A stretch of DNA of 64,000 nt from an uncultured delta proteobacterium. Lineage in GTDB: Bacteria > Desulfobacterota > Binatia > UBA9968. A program made the position numbers and the translations under genes. The notes under the pieces were generated by a model. It saw only the letters and a program-made list of their open reading frames with translations. It did not search any database and was not told the DNA's origin. The DNA lies in assembly GCA_963745835.1 (NCBI GenBank), contig CAVUZH010000013.1:576001-640000 (forward strand), written 5' to 3'. Shown here in pieces: positions 1 to 10,027 of this stretch. Position 1 is the first letter of the stretch. Every line of letters starts with the position of its first letter.

Positions 1-690
1 ACTGAGGATTAACAGAGCCGAGTAGTAACTGATACCCGGAATACCCATCAACAGTTGAGCCTGTGGGTTTTCAGCCACCTCGGCCTTTATCGTTTTTGTG
101 ATCTCTCCAATCGAAATCGCCAACGCCTCAGCGATCCGCAGATACCCATCAATCTCTAGGCGATAGCAAGCACGCACGGCTAGACTCTTCAGCCACTGCC
201 GGGAGGATTTCCCCAAAATATCACTGAACGTGCAATCGATGCCGTTCTTGGTCAGCACCGCATGAATCTTGTTCTTGATGCCGACTCGTATCGATACCAG
301 CGAGGCCCGGTAACGCAACAACTCTCGAATGTCACGAACCTCACGAGGTGGTATGTACGCTTTCGGGATGCCATCTAGACGTAGCAGTTCCGCTAAGGTC
401 GTCGCATCAATGGTGTCGGTTTTGATGCGCGCCTCAGCAATCGCCCGGGTCTTAAGCGGGTGGGCCAGCACTACGTCAGGTGTGTACTGCTCGATACTTT
501 CGTAGAGATACATCCAGTTGCCCCTAGCCTCCACCACCACCTGACTGCGCCGGTCCTGTTTAGAAAAATAACTTTCCAACGCCGCTTGAGTCACAGGTAC
601 AGTAACCTTGCTGGTTGTCTTTCCCTGTCGATCTTTCTTTACCACCACGGCCTTGCGCTTCCCCAGGTCCACTCCTATATACTCTTTCAT
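1..690 (-). mobile_element. IS110-family transposase/recombinase, N-terminal part; runs off the window edge
   Basis: Manual translation from ATG 690 gives MKEYIGVDLGKRK...VVVEARGNW...LAHPLKTRAIAEARIKTDTIDATTLAELLR...ELLRYRASLV...LMGIPGISYYSAL. It carries the RuvC-like DEDD motif (GVD, VEA, KTDTID) and has an AAGGAGG RBS upstream. Absent from the ORF track because there is no stop in the window. Confidence 0.92.
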
Positions 691-800
691 GCTGCACCTC
701 CTTTAGGCTTAGGCGACTCCTCACAGAGTCAGCCTGGTATAATGTTGGTCCATTAGAGACCGTCACCGCCCAATTTGCGAGGTGCAGCTCACAACATCTG
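691..800 (-). ncRNA. Structured IS110 left non-coding end, candidate bridge/seek RNA
   Basis: A perfect 10-bp inverted repeat (GCTGCACCTC 691-700 / GAGGTGCAGC 779-788) encloses two smaller hairpins (GACTC..GAGTC, GGTC..GACC). It lies immediately 5' of the IS110 ORF. Confidence 0.55.
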
Positions 801-934
801 CTTTTCATTTAATCAAATCTTTTGTTGACAATTTAGGTCGTCGTTGGTCAGGCCTTTTACTTTTGATGTTCATCGTTCATGGGACAAGATTTCAAGTCAC
901 CCCATACCTGCAGCGGCAGCAGCGACGAAATGGG

Positions 935-2032
935 TCAAGGGCTCGGAGTCACGACCTCAGCGTGGCTGGACTCGGACGCGGGGGCATGGACGTCGCGCAC
1001 GCTCGCCAAGTCATGGAAGGCCCGCCACCGAAAAATCGACCATCGACCGTACGCTCGGAGCAGAGCCAGTACTGTGCGACGACGCATCCGCGGTGGAAGA
1101 AAATGCAGTAAGGACCATGTCAGAAGGAGGTTCCAGGTCTTTCGCGTTAGCAGCGTTCGGGGATAAAGGCGGATACACTCCGCGAGCTTGCGTCCGGCCT
1201 TTCTGTGGGAATCGAGACCGGGCGTCCGGCTCAAATAGAGGAAGGCAACATATTGCTTCACGTTCGAAACGCTTTCCCTGCGTATGCGGACGGGAAGACT
1301 CGGAGTTTGACGGAACGCGTTGTCGCAAACCCGCAGGCAGCCTCGTTCGGCGCGCTCTGAATCGGCGGACATGGTCCTTTCCGAAATACGATAAAGAATC
1401 TGGTACCGCGGCACGAGCGCGAACGGCCAACGGGCCGCGACCCGCAAGCAAAAATCCCAATCCTGGGCCGAGACGATCGAAGCATCGAAGCCGCCGACGG
1501 CAACGGCGCAGCTTTTACGAACGAGGATATTGGAACCGCTCGCTATAAAGCAGTGCCGGAGAAGGTCCGAGTAGACGTACCCCTCGAAACGCGCGCCTTC
1601 TTTGGCAAAGAGGAAGTGCGACCGCTGATCTATGAACACGGTCCAGCTGTACGCTATGGCCGCCTCGGAACGTTGGCGTAAAGCTCGAAGCTGCAGCTCC
1701 AGTTTGTCTGACGTCCAGAGATCGTCCGCGTCGATGAACGAGATGAACTCGCCTAGGGATTTTTCGATTCCACGGTTGCGCGCCGCCGGGAGACCGGCGT
1801 TCGGATAGCTGAAGATCCGTAACCGCGGGTCCCGGACGGTTTGCAAGCGAGCCAGGGTACCGTCGGTCGAGCCGTCGTCGATAACGAGGATTTCGAAATC
1901 GGCAAACGTCTGACGGCGAATCGACCGGATCGTCTCGAGGATCGTGTCTTCGGCGTTATAGGCTGGGACAACCACGGAAACCGGCGCCCTGCCGCCATCC
2001 GGCCTCTCCGGGAACGCGCTTTGATTGATCAT
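935..2032 (-). CDS. Glycosyltransferase family 2 (GT-A)
   Basis: Motifs VSVVVPAYNAE, VIDDGSTDGT, ARNRGI, FIDADD, QDWDF. Confidence 0.93.
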   Translation of the reverse strand: MINQSAFPERPDGGRAPVSVVVPAYNAEDTILETIRSIRRQTFADFEILVIDDGSTDGTLARLQTVRDPRLRIFSYPNAGLPAARNRGIEKSLGEFISFIDADDLWTSDKLELQLRALRQRSEAAIAYSWTVFIDQRSHFLFAKEGARFEGYVYSDLLRHCFIASGSNILVRKSCAVAVGGFDASIVSAQDWDFCLRVAARWPFALVPRYQILYRISERTMSADSERAERGCLRVCDNAFRQTPSLPVRIRRESVSNVKQYVAFLYLSRTPGLDSHRKAGRKLAECIRLYPRTLLTRKTWNLLLTWSLLHFLPPRMRRRTVLALLRAYGRWSIFRWRAFHDLASVRDVHAPASESSHAEVVTPSP

Positions 2033-3672
2033 GCCGACACCGCCGCGTCGAGAAAGCGACTCGGTGGTTTGCTCGAGAGCGGCGCGCCCTCCATGTAGGC
2101 GGGGAGACGGGCGCCGATCAAGGTGAGAATTGTGGGCGCGAGATCCCGCACATGCCGCTCCGCGAGCATCGACCCGGCTCGATAGTCTGGGGCCCTGACG
2201 ATCGCAAATCCCCGATTCGCGTGGCCGCCGGTGCGCGCGTACGGAATGGGGCCGATGCGGCCGAATGTCGGGCTGTCGACGACGTCAACCGGCCACGGCT
2301 CGAAGAACACGATGAGATCCGGGTCCGGGAGATTCGAATCCGCGGCAAGCGGATCATGGCGCGTACGGACAATCTCCGCGATTAGCGGCTTTCCGGTTCT
2401 GGCATCGCGCAGAGCTTTCAAATGGCGGCTCAGCTGGTCGCAGAATAAATCGTATTCCGAGGGCAGGACGATTCCCTCTTTTTCACGGCCGCGCACGTTG
2501 ATCCTGATGTACCCGTGGGCGATGCTGGGAAGCGCGAAGCACTTCATCTCCCGCCACAGCGGGCTGTACCACATCGGCGGCTGGTGAAAGAGAGAACCGA
2601 ATTCGTTGGGATAGGCGGGCCCCGGCCCCGGGCTGCTTCTCCTCTCCCACCAGGCCGCGACTTCCATCGGGATCCAGCGCCGCAGCCGGCGACGCACGGG
2701 GTGGGTATCGGCACGAAGAGCATAGATTTCACGATGCCAGCCGAGGGCTTTTGGCAGGAACATCGGGGGCGGAGGAAGACCACCGGAGCCTTTGGCCAGC
2801 CCTCCCAGGGAGCCGAAGCTGAATCGGTAAAGGAACTCCGTAAGAAAGACGGTGCTCGGCAGATCGACCGAGTTCGCCTGCATGCCTTCGGGAGAAAAGA
2901 GGACGATATCGGCGTCCGGTCGAACGGTCATAATCCGTCCGATGGCCCGATCGACGGCTTTGAAAACACGCAGCATCGGGTCGCCTGAAATTTTTCTCCA
3001 TTGGCGCATGGGATGATCCTGGCTCAGGTGCCAAAAAAAGTGTCCGGCTGAATGCGTCTCGCCGAAAGTCGTAAAGAAAAAATCCCATGACTCACGGCGG
3101 AGAAGGTCCTCGCAGATCGCGGCCCTTCGCTCGATGCCTTTGTCGAGCGCTCTCTCCAGCCAAGCGACGGCGACGGGATTCCAGTAGCTCGCATGGTCGC
3201 GGTCGTATGCAGGATGGCGTCCATACTTTTGGATGAGCTGATCGAGCAACTCGGACGGCGCGGAGGCGCTTTCCGTCCTCGCGGAACGTGCGCCCCATGC
3301 GAGAACCTGGATGCCGTCCACGTTCCCGCAGAGCCTGGTTTGCGGTACGTCGAACACAGCGCAGCGATAACCGGGGCCAAGGGCGTAGAACGGAGGGTAG
3401 TCGACGAAAGGATAGGCTCCTGTATCGTTAAGCTCATAGTTGCGGGAATTGAACTTCCAGCGGCTCCAGTATCCCGTTCTTCCTGCTTCGCATCCCGTGG
3501 TGACGAGCGTCCATGCCTGCTCAGAGAGGTAAAGGCTCGGGCCTCGTAAAGGACAATAGGCCCCCTGCTCTCTCAGGCGGGCAATGTTCGGAAGGCGCCC
3601 CTCGCCGGCCCATGTCTCCAGGAGCACCGGATCGGCCGAATCGAGCCCGATTACGATGACAGGTTTTTTCAT
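2029..3672 (-). CDS. Alkaline phosphatase superfamily / type I phosphodiesterase-nucleotide pyrophosphatase protein
   Basis: Likely start MKKPVIVIGLDSAD at 3672, with an ATGA overlap with the upstream GT4 stop. Motifs AWTLVTTG, ETHSAGH, VDRAIG, TGGH, DLAPTIL. Confidence 0.85.
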   Translation of the reverse strand: MKKPVIVIGLDSADPVLLETWAGEGRLPNIARLREQGAYCPLRGPSLYLSEQAWTLVTTGCEAGRTGYWSRWKFNSRNYELNDTGAYPFVDYPPFYALGPGYRCAVFDVPQTRLCGNVDGIQVLAWGARSARTESASAPSELLDQLIQKYGRHPAYDRDHASYWNPVAVAWLERALDKGIERRAAICEDLLRRESWDFFFTTFGETHSAGHFFWHLSQDHPMRQWRKISGDPMLRVFKAVDRAIGRIMTVRPDADIVLFSPEGMQANSVDLPSTVFLTEFLYRFSFGSLGGLAKGSGGLPPPPMFLPKALGWHREIYALRADTHPVRRRLRRWIPMEVAAWWERRSSPGPGPAYPNEFGSLFHQPPMWYSPLWREMKCFALPSIAHGYIRINVRGREKEGIVLPSEYDLFCDQLSRHLKALRDARTGKPLIAEIVRTRHDPLAADSNLPDPDLIVFFEPWPVDVVDSPTFGRIGPIPYARTGGHANRGFAIVRAPDYRAGSMLAERHVRDLAPTILTLIGARLPAYMEGAPLSSKPPSRFLDAAVSA

Positions 3673-4904
3673 TTCGACAGTATGCGGCCAAGCCCGGCTT
3701 CGGTTGTCGCGGCCGGAAGGTCGTCCGATTCCGATCGAAGAGGGCCCCACGCCCTCTCCAAAGCCGAGCGAACGGATTCGCGCCATCGCGCCAGCGAATA
3801 TTCCCTCGCGGTTTGCAACGCCCGCGCCGACATGCTCCGGTAGCGCGCGGGATCCGATAGACAAGCGCTCGCCGCGGCGGCGAGCGCCTCCGGCGTTTTC
3901 GTTTCGAGCACGACGGCGCAGCCTTTGCGCATCAGCGCCGGGGCAATCTCCGTAGGCGCCGTTACGACGGGAAGGCCGCAAGCGAGTGCCTCGTGCAGCG
4001 CTTGCCTGAAGGATTCGGTCTCGGCAGCCGGCAGGCAGCACATCAGATCGGCCTTTCGAAGCAGATCGAGGATGCGTTCGCGGCTCGGGGATCCATGAAA
4101 GGCCACGCGGTCGCGCACGCCAAAATCGTCCGCGACCTCCTCAAGCATCGAGAGGGATCGAAAGTCCCCTACCACATCGAGGCCGGCGCCCGGAAATTCA
4201 CGCGCGAGAAGAGAGAGGGCGCGGAGGGCAACGAGCGTTGGCCCGGCTTCGACCTCCCGGCCGAGCATGATCAGGCGCGCACAGCCCGGCTTGCGGACTC
4301 GTGCGGCGGCCGCGCCGGCCGTCTCAGACTCGGAGAGCGTAGTAATAAAGAGCCAGCAGATGGCGGGGTTTCGAATCGACGGCGGTTCCTCCGAGTCGCC
4401 GGTTGCGAAAACGACGTTCCTTCCGCCCGCGATCCTCTCCAGCATCGAGCGCTCCATGCGCCAGAGCCATCTCGGCTCAGACCATGTATTCAACTGCCGA
4501 GTCAAAAGCGGTTTTCGAAAGATCAAGGCGAGGATCAGTCCCAGGAAACCGATGGGAGACGGTATGAATGCGAACACCGCCCCCGTCGTCGCGATCTCCC
4601 GTGTGAGCTTGAGGGTATTGCGAATGAGCCAAAGCGGCAAAACGATCCAGGTTATCCAGGGCGACCTCGGCAGCCAGCTCAGGGGTACGACTGAGACATT
4701 TTTTCCAGAAATGAAAGAATCTCCGAGGGGCTCTTGAAAAGAGGGACCCACAATTCGGGTCGAGTCGAATAGCTGGGAGAGAGTTTCGACCTCGCGCGGA
4801 AGGCCGCCGAAGCCGGGGTGGCCCAGGCAACCGCGGCATGCAAACCCACTGGGGGACAACGGAGAAGACCACATCGGCTTATGCCAGACGACCGTCAGCT
4901 TCAT
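3669..4904 (-). CDS. Glycosyltransferase family 4 (GT-B)
   Basis: C-terminal ESFRQALHEALACGLPVV motif; probable start MKLTVVWH at 4904. Confidence 0.85.
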   Translation of the reverse strand: MKLTVVWHKPMWSSPLSPSGFACRGCLGHPGFGGLPREVETLSQLFDSTRIVGPSFQEPLGDSFISGKNVSVVPLSWLPRSPWITWIVLPLWLIRNTLKLTREIATTGAVFAFIPSPIGFLGLILALIFRKPLLTRQLNTWSEPRWLWRMERSMLERIAGGRNVVFATGDSEEPPSIRNPAICWLFITTLSESETAGAAAARVRKPGCARLIMLGREVEAGPTLVALRALSLLAREFPGAGLDVVGDFRSLSMLEEVADDFGVRDRVAFHGSPSRERILDLLRKADLMCCLPAAETESFRQALHEALACGLPVVTAPTEIAPALMRKGCAVVLETKTPEALAAAASACLSDPARYRSMSARALQTAREYSLARWRESVRSALERAWGPLRSESDDLPAATTEAGLGRILSK

Positions 4905-5175
4905 CGCGGTGTTCTCTACTCTTTCGAGGCCGAGGATTCCTGCCAGAGTTCCGAGCTTGTTCGCGGCATGCCACAAGGGTAACCGAGCTACTCAATACAT
5001 GCGGGCCCGGTATAGTCAAGCGACCGCAGGCGGCACGATAGAGAGGCGAGAGAATCGATCGAACCGGCGGAAATCGAATCAATCGAACAGGGGGTTTCAA
5101 ATAAAGCGTCAGGGATCAGGGATTCTGGGGTCAGGAGTTGTACTGCCACATCACTCCTGATTAAAGGAACTTCTT

Positions 5176-5597
5176 ATGGCGGGACCCCTCCGACTTTCTG
5201 GTGCCATCTATCACCTCACCAGTCGCGGCAACGCACGTCAGAAAGTCTTTTTAGTGATACCGACCGAGAGCTATTTCTGAGTACTTTAGTCGGGGTTGTC
5301 AGCCGGTACGGTTGGATCTGCCACGCCTACTGGTTGAAGGCCAATCATTATCATCTGCTGATTGAGACACCCAAGGCCAATCTCTCCATCGGCATGCGCC
5401 AGCTCAATGGAATCTATACTCAAAGTTTTAATCGACGGCACAACAGGGTTGGGCATCTATTTCCAGGTCGTTTCAAAGCGATTCTGGTGGAAAGGGAATC
5501 CTACCTCCTGGAGCTCTGCCGCTACATCGTTCTTAATCCTTTACACGTGAAAGATCGGGCTATCGCTCAAAGTTGGAATCTAAAAAAGATGCGATAA
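5176..5597 (+). pseudogene. Degenerate REP-associated/IS200-like Y1 (HUH) transposase
   Basis: MAGPLRLSGAIYHLTSRGNARQKVF, then a frameshift, then NHYHLLIETP...GHLFPGRFKAILVE...LCRYIVLNP; truncated afterwards. Confidence 0.85.
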
Positions 5598-5601
5598 ACG
5601 T

Positions 5602-6240
5602 TCACTTGAACGCATCCTGCGCTGCGTGTTTCGCTAATTCAACAATTGAAGGCTCTGCTTTTGCGATGGATCCAGAATCGAAAGGCGGTTTTGGATCGTA
5701 TTCGATAATCAATTGAATGGTCTTCGCCATCTCCGGTCCTGAGACCTCCTGCGCAAGGTGAAGAGCCATATCAATGCCCGAGGAAACCCCAGCCGCGGTG
5801 ATGATTTTTCCTTGCCGAACAACTCGCTCACTCAGGTACTGAGCTCCGAACTTCTCCAGAACATCTCGGGCATACCAATGCGTTGTTGCCTGCAGCCCTT
5901 TTAAAAGCCCTGCCGCGCCGAGTATTAGTGATCCGGTGCAGACAGAGGTAGTCCACTTCGAAGTTTCGTGTGCTTTTCTAAGCCAGGAGAGTATGCGCGG
6001 ATCTTCGGCCGCGACCATCGTTCCCTTTGTTCCCCCCGAAACCACAATGATTTCAGGATCCGAGATATCATTCAGCGTGTAATCTGCCATAACAGAGAGA
6101 AAGTTCGTATGCGCTCGCTTCGGACCGAGTTCGGTAGAAACAAAGTGGACCTTTGCTCCCGGTAAACAGCTCAGGACTTCATAAGGACCGACCGCATCGA
6201 GCGCGGTGAAACCATCGTAGATCAGAATCGCAATCTTCAT
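5602..6240 (-). CDS. DJ-1/PfpI family protein (isonitrile hydratase InhA-like), copy 1
   Basis: Motifs LDAVGPYEVL, SVCTGS (nucleophile Cys), TAAGVSSGID, EYDPKPPFDSG; RBS AAGGAGG. Confidence 0.92.
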   Translation of the reverse strand: MKIAILIYDGFTALDAVGPYEVLSCLPGAKVHFVSTELGPKRAHTNFLSVMADYTLNDISDPEIIVVSGGTKGTMVAAEDPRILSWLRKAHETSKWTTSVCTGSLILGAAGLLKGLQATTHWYARDVLEKFGAQYLSERVVRQGKIITAAGVSSGIDMALHLAQEVSGPEMAKTIQLIIEYDPKPPFDSGSIAKAEPSIVELAKHAAQDAFK

Positions 6241-6326
6241 GAATCCTCCTTAAGAAAACCATTCTGTTGTAACAGATGAGACTTAGGATTGGATTGTCGA
6301 AAGATCGAGTTGGGCAAAATTAAAAC

Positions 6327-6653
6327 TCACCGCCGCATGCGCTCAAGCTCAGCGATTGCCGATCGTTTTTTCTTGCCCGACTGCTTGAGCAACTGGTCTG
6401 TTACCGTCTGCCAAGCATCCCAGGCATTGTCACCGTTACGATGATTCAACAGCCGTTCGCCGGCATCGCTGGGAACAATCAGGGCCTCCACCCTTCAACG
6501 CTTTGTCACGGCGTAGGAAACGCGCCGAACTTTTACATCGTCGATTATTGCTGACGCTTTGGCCTTGAGTTCACGAATTCCGATCGACGGTCTGCCTAGC
6601 TTAGGCTTGACCCTCCGGGACTGTTCCGTTCGTGAAGCACGGTATTTTCTCAT
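6327..6653 (-). pseudogene. Phd/YefM-type antitoxin with an in-frame stop
   Basis: Manual translation: MRKYRAS...SIGIRELKAKASAIIDDVKVRRVSYAVTKR*RVEALIVP...ELERMRR*. A TGA at 6497-6495 stands where the conserved Gly of TKRG is expected. Confidence 0.7.
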
Positions 6654-6834
6654 GTGGTCACCTTCCAGCAGTATGAAACCGCAATGGATCTATTCTGGCA
6701 AGTGATCAGGATGACGAAAAAGGGTTTCGACATAGCATTGATCCGCATACGGTACTGTCCGGAAGGAAATCAAGGATGAGATTTCTTCTAGTTTAGTCTT
6801 GCCCTTTGCTTGGTTTACCCGCACAGGCAACTTT

Positions 6835-7000
6835 TTGAACTCAACTCCACAACTTCTTGCTCGCTATCGCCGCGCCGTCTGAATGGGACCTTCGAACGGT
6901 TCAAGGGTCAACGTTCAAAGTTCAAAGTAGGAAACGGAGTTCGGTGCACGTCGCGCAGCTTGGCCCAAACGATTTTCGGATGGACGCGGCCGCTAAGCGC
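6835..7000 (-). repeat. MetE-like gene-tail repeat, copy A, interrupted by a ~60-bp GTTCAA-type insert
   Basis: Minus strand reads ALSGRVHPKIVWAKLRD[insert]DGAAIASKKLWS*. Homologous to the copies at 7912, 40156 and 44906. Confidence 0.75.
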
Positions 7001-7152
7001 AGAGCGATTCTCCGTCTCCAAGGTTGGAAACGGGTTGCGGTCTGTAATCCTGATCCGAACTTTCAGAGTTTGGGAATTCCGAAAACCTGGAAATCGCGAC
7101 CGGCAATATGGCAAAAAGCCTATCGGGGAAGGAGGCAAGCTATTTGACGGAT

Positions 7153-7464
7153 TTACGAACCCGATTTGCGTTTTCGGGCACGTGAAGGGCGTTTGACTCG
7201 AGGGCGCCGGGCGACAGTCTTCCAGAATTCATCGTGTGATACGCCTTTGCCTGCTTTGATGCTTTTTCGTGACTTACTAAGCAAAGACTGCAAACGGCGC
7301 GAGTGGGCTAACATCAGCCGTTCCAAATCGTCGTCGTCCTTGGGTGCGAGCAATACCGCAGCTGCCTTGCCGTTGCGCGTGATAATGACCGGGCCTTCGT
7401 TCGCGCATTCGTCTACATAAGCACTGAGATGGGCTTTCACGTCCGCCAGCGCTGCGATCTTCAT
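7153..7464 (-). CDS. Phd/YefM family antitoxin
   Basis: MKIAALADVKAHLSAYVDE..GPVIITRNGKAAAVL; overlaps the toxin stop codon (ATGA). Confidence 0.9.
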   Translation of the reverse strand: MKIAALADVKAHLSAYVDECANEGPVIITRNGKAAAVLLAPKDDDDLERLMLAHSRRLQSLLSKSRKSIKAGKGVSHDEFWKTVARRPRVKRPSRARKRKSGS

Positions 7465-7784
7465 AATTCAAACTCCTGTCCGCCAATAAACAGCCGATTT
7501 CCTTCTTTCACGCCGATCGCCAAGACAGAGACAGTCTTTTCTTCATGACTCACGTCGTAAAAAACACGAAATGAGTTTTTCGGACCAAAACGCAGCTCCC
7601 ACGTCGCGCCAAACGAGGCGGGCTCCTCAAGTGGTTTCCGGTTTCTCGTCTCCGTTGTAGGTGTTTGGGAAAGCTGCTCCTTGATCCTGGTCGCGACTAA
7701 ACGGAGATATTTAGACTCGATCCAATCCAGATGTTTGTACGTCTCTGGCGCGTAGATGATCGTAAATTCGGATCGCCGCGCCAT
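7461..7784 (-). CDS. RelE/ParE family toxin
   Basis: WELRFGPKNSFRVFYDV...VSVLAIGVK; lies directly upstream of the antitoxin. Confidence 0.8.
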   Translation of the reverse strand: MARRSEFTIIYAPETYKHLDWIESKYLRLVATRIKEQLSQTPTTETRNRKPLEEPASFGATWELRFGPKNSFRVFYDVSHEEKTVSVLAIGVKEGNRLFIGGQEFEL

Positions 7785-7911
7785 TGACCACAATTATAGT
7801 CATCAAAGAACGGAAATCAAATCCTTGGGGAAGAAGAAATGGTGGCGCGAACGGGTCAGATGTTTATTTCTACGGTTCTGATTTTTGTTTGGTCATTTTG
7901 CGAAGGGACTG

Positions 7912-7996
7912 TTGAATCAACTCCGCAACTTCGTGCTCGCGAGCGCCGCCCCTTCGCGCAGGGCGCAGCTTGGCCCAGGCGATTTGCGGATGGACG
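7912..7996 (-). repeat. MetE-like gene-tail repeat, copy B
   Basis: TCAACTCCGCAACTTCGTGCTCGCG...GCGCAGCTTGGCCCAGGCGATTTGCGGATGGACG; minus strand reads VHPQIAWAKLR..EGAALASTKLRS*. Confidence 0.78.
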
Positions 7997-8299
7997 TCCT
8001 CCGACGCTACAAGTCGTACCGGCGATGATGTGTTCTTGGCTGACGGTTCAGCAAACTGATGAGGCGATCGACTCCAGCTCGGGGTGCTCTACAAGATCGG
8101 TGGCATGGCTGACAAACACCCGGAATCAAATTGTCCCGGCGGGAAGTTTCACGTCGCGCCAGACGTTGCATTCATGCTCGTGACCGACGTTGCTGGCTTC
8201 GATCCTCAGTCGCAGTTCTTACGGCAACTGCGTATACCGCGAATCTCAACTCGGCCATATTGCCAAACCCTTGTAAGTACCTTGAGTGGAATTATTCCA

Positions 8300-9853
8300 T
8301 TACCGGAGTACCCTGATATCCTCTCCAAAGATTCGACCGTTCGGTCTCGGCGTGTACTCGATATTTTTTGAAATGCCGTGCAGAATCTGATGACGCCACA
8401 GGAAGTGGGCTGGCGCCTCTTCGGTGATTAAGCTCATGGCTTCCGAGAGGACTTTTTTGCGCTTGCCAGGATCAAAAGTCTCTCGCTCGAGTGACAAAAG
8501 CGAGTCGACCTTTGGGTTGGAGTACCCGATCCTCGGTGAACGGCCGGTCTCAAACTGTTCAGATAACGCCACACTTGGATCCACCACTGAGCCGCGCCCC
8601 ATATAATAAAACGGGACCTTGCCAGCCTGAACATTAGCCCATAAGGTAGCCCACTCCGGCGTTTGGAGCTTCGCTCTGATGCCCGCCGCATTCAGCATAG
8701 GAACCATGGCCTCGGAAATCTGCTTGTCTAACGTATAGCGTCCCACAGGAGTGTAGAATTCCACGTCTACCCCATTGGGGAATCCAGCCTCGATTACGAG
8801 CTTCTTTGCTTTGGCCGGATCATAGCTGTACTTCGGCTTCAAGCCAGGGTCGTAGCCATACTGACCGGGGCCAATCGGTCCATCTAACCGGCTCGCCTGA
8901 CCTTGCAGCAGAGTCGCGATTATCGTCTCGCGATCGATAGCATGGGCTACAGCCTGACGCAGAAGTTTATTATCCCAGGGCTTGAATTTAGGACTCATGG
9001 CTAAAAACATCATCTCTACAGAGTTCACGGCGGAAACTGTTGTGTTGGGATTTCTTTCGACTCTCTCGCGCAAATGGGGCGGTATGAATTGCGCAATTTG
9101 GATTTCCCCGTTGAGGAGCGCCGTAACGCGTTGCTCGGGCTCTCGCATGATATGAAAGACGACTTCATCGGGAGCTTGCTTTTTAGCTCTGATGCCCGGG
9201 TACTCCAGGTTTTTTGCAATAACCAGGCGCTGCCCTGGTATAAGCTCCCTGAACTTGTAAGGGCCCGCCCCAAACGGGTACTTCCGATCAGCGATATCCG
9301 GACCGTGCTTGTCGTAAATTGTTTTGCTCGTGATGGCGAATCTATCAAAGAGGTACTCCAAGAGCGGCGCGGTGGGCTTGTGGGTCGTAAATCGCACCGT
9401 GTGGTTGTCTATCGCGGTGACGGTGGCAATGGGGACGGCATATTGTGTTTGTTTTGTATGCGGATCGCTTTTCATGCGGTTAAACGAGTGCACGACATCG
9501 GCTGCTGTGAGCGGCGAACCGTCGTGAAATTTAACATTCTTGCGAAGATGAAAGACCCAGTTGTTCGAATCTTTGACTTCCCAACGCTCTGCCAGCATTC
9601 CTACGTATTCGCCTTTGACAAAATCGAAAGTGCCGAGGCACCCCATGACCTGACACCAGACGCCAAACATTAACGACACAGTGTCGCCGTAGGGATTGAA
9701 AGTCTCCATCGTTTCTGTAACCCCTACCGACACACGGACCTGCGCGTTAACGGATTGAGCGACGGCATAAAGACTGATTACCGAGAAAACGGTTGCCACA
9801 AAGATCGTACTCATTCGTGCCTTCATCGAAAAACTTCCTTTCATGCGCGTCAT
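8300..9853 (-). CDS. ABC transporter substrate-binding protein, family 5 (peptide/nickel type), with no adjacent permease
   Basis: Signal peptide; motifs LRKNVKFHDGSPLTAADV, GAGPYKF, RQAVAHAIDR, YDPAKAKKL. The true start may be 9826. Confidence 0.92.
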   Translation of the reverse strand: MTRMKGSFSMKARMSTIFVATVFSVISLYAVAQSVNAQVRVSVGVTETMETFNPYGDTVSLMFGVWCQVMGCLGTFDFVKGEYVGMLAERWEVKDSNNWVFHLRKNVKFHDGSPLTAADVVHSFNRMKSDPHTKQTQYAVPIATVTAIDNHTVRFTTHKPTAPLLEYLFDRFAITSKTIYDKHGPDIADRKYPFGAGPYKFRELIPGQRLVIAKNLEYPGIRAKKQAPDEVVFHIMREPEQRVTALLNGEIQIAQFIPPHLRERVERNPNTTVSAVNSVEMMFLAMSPKFKPWDNKLLRQAVAHAIDRETIIATLLQGQASRLDGPIGPGQYGYDPGLKPKYSYDPAKAKKLVIEAGFPNGVDVEFYTPVGRYTLDKQISEAMVPMLNAAGIRAKLQTPEWATLWANVQAGKVPFYYMGRGSVVDPSVALSEQFETGRSPRIGYSNPKVDSLLSLERETFDPGKRKKVLSEAMSLITEEAPAHFLWRHQILHGISKNIEYTPRPNGRIFGEDIRVLR

Positions 9854-10027
9854 CGTTTAATTGCAGCGGGCGGAAAAATTACGGGTAAACAGCTCCGATT
9901 CTTATAATGCCGCTATCTATTTTCTGTCAATCTTCGTTCCTCTTTGCCTGGCGGGGCACCGGACACCTTTTCCGCGGCGGTTTTACAAGGTATAACTGAC
10001 AACTCCAAACGCACAGGAGTTGCACGC

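Noticed and set aside
3673-4041. N-terminal extension of the 670-aa ORF 2029-4041
   Set aside because: It overlaps the GT4 gene in another frame. The start at 3672 gives an ATGA coupling and a canonical family N-terminus.
6495-6497. In-frame TGA in the Phd gene as selenocysteine or stop-codon recoding
   Set aside because: The position corresponds to a conserved Gly (GGA to TGA), not Cys, and TGA is used as a normal stop throughout the window.
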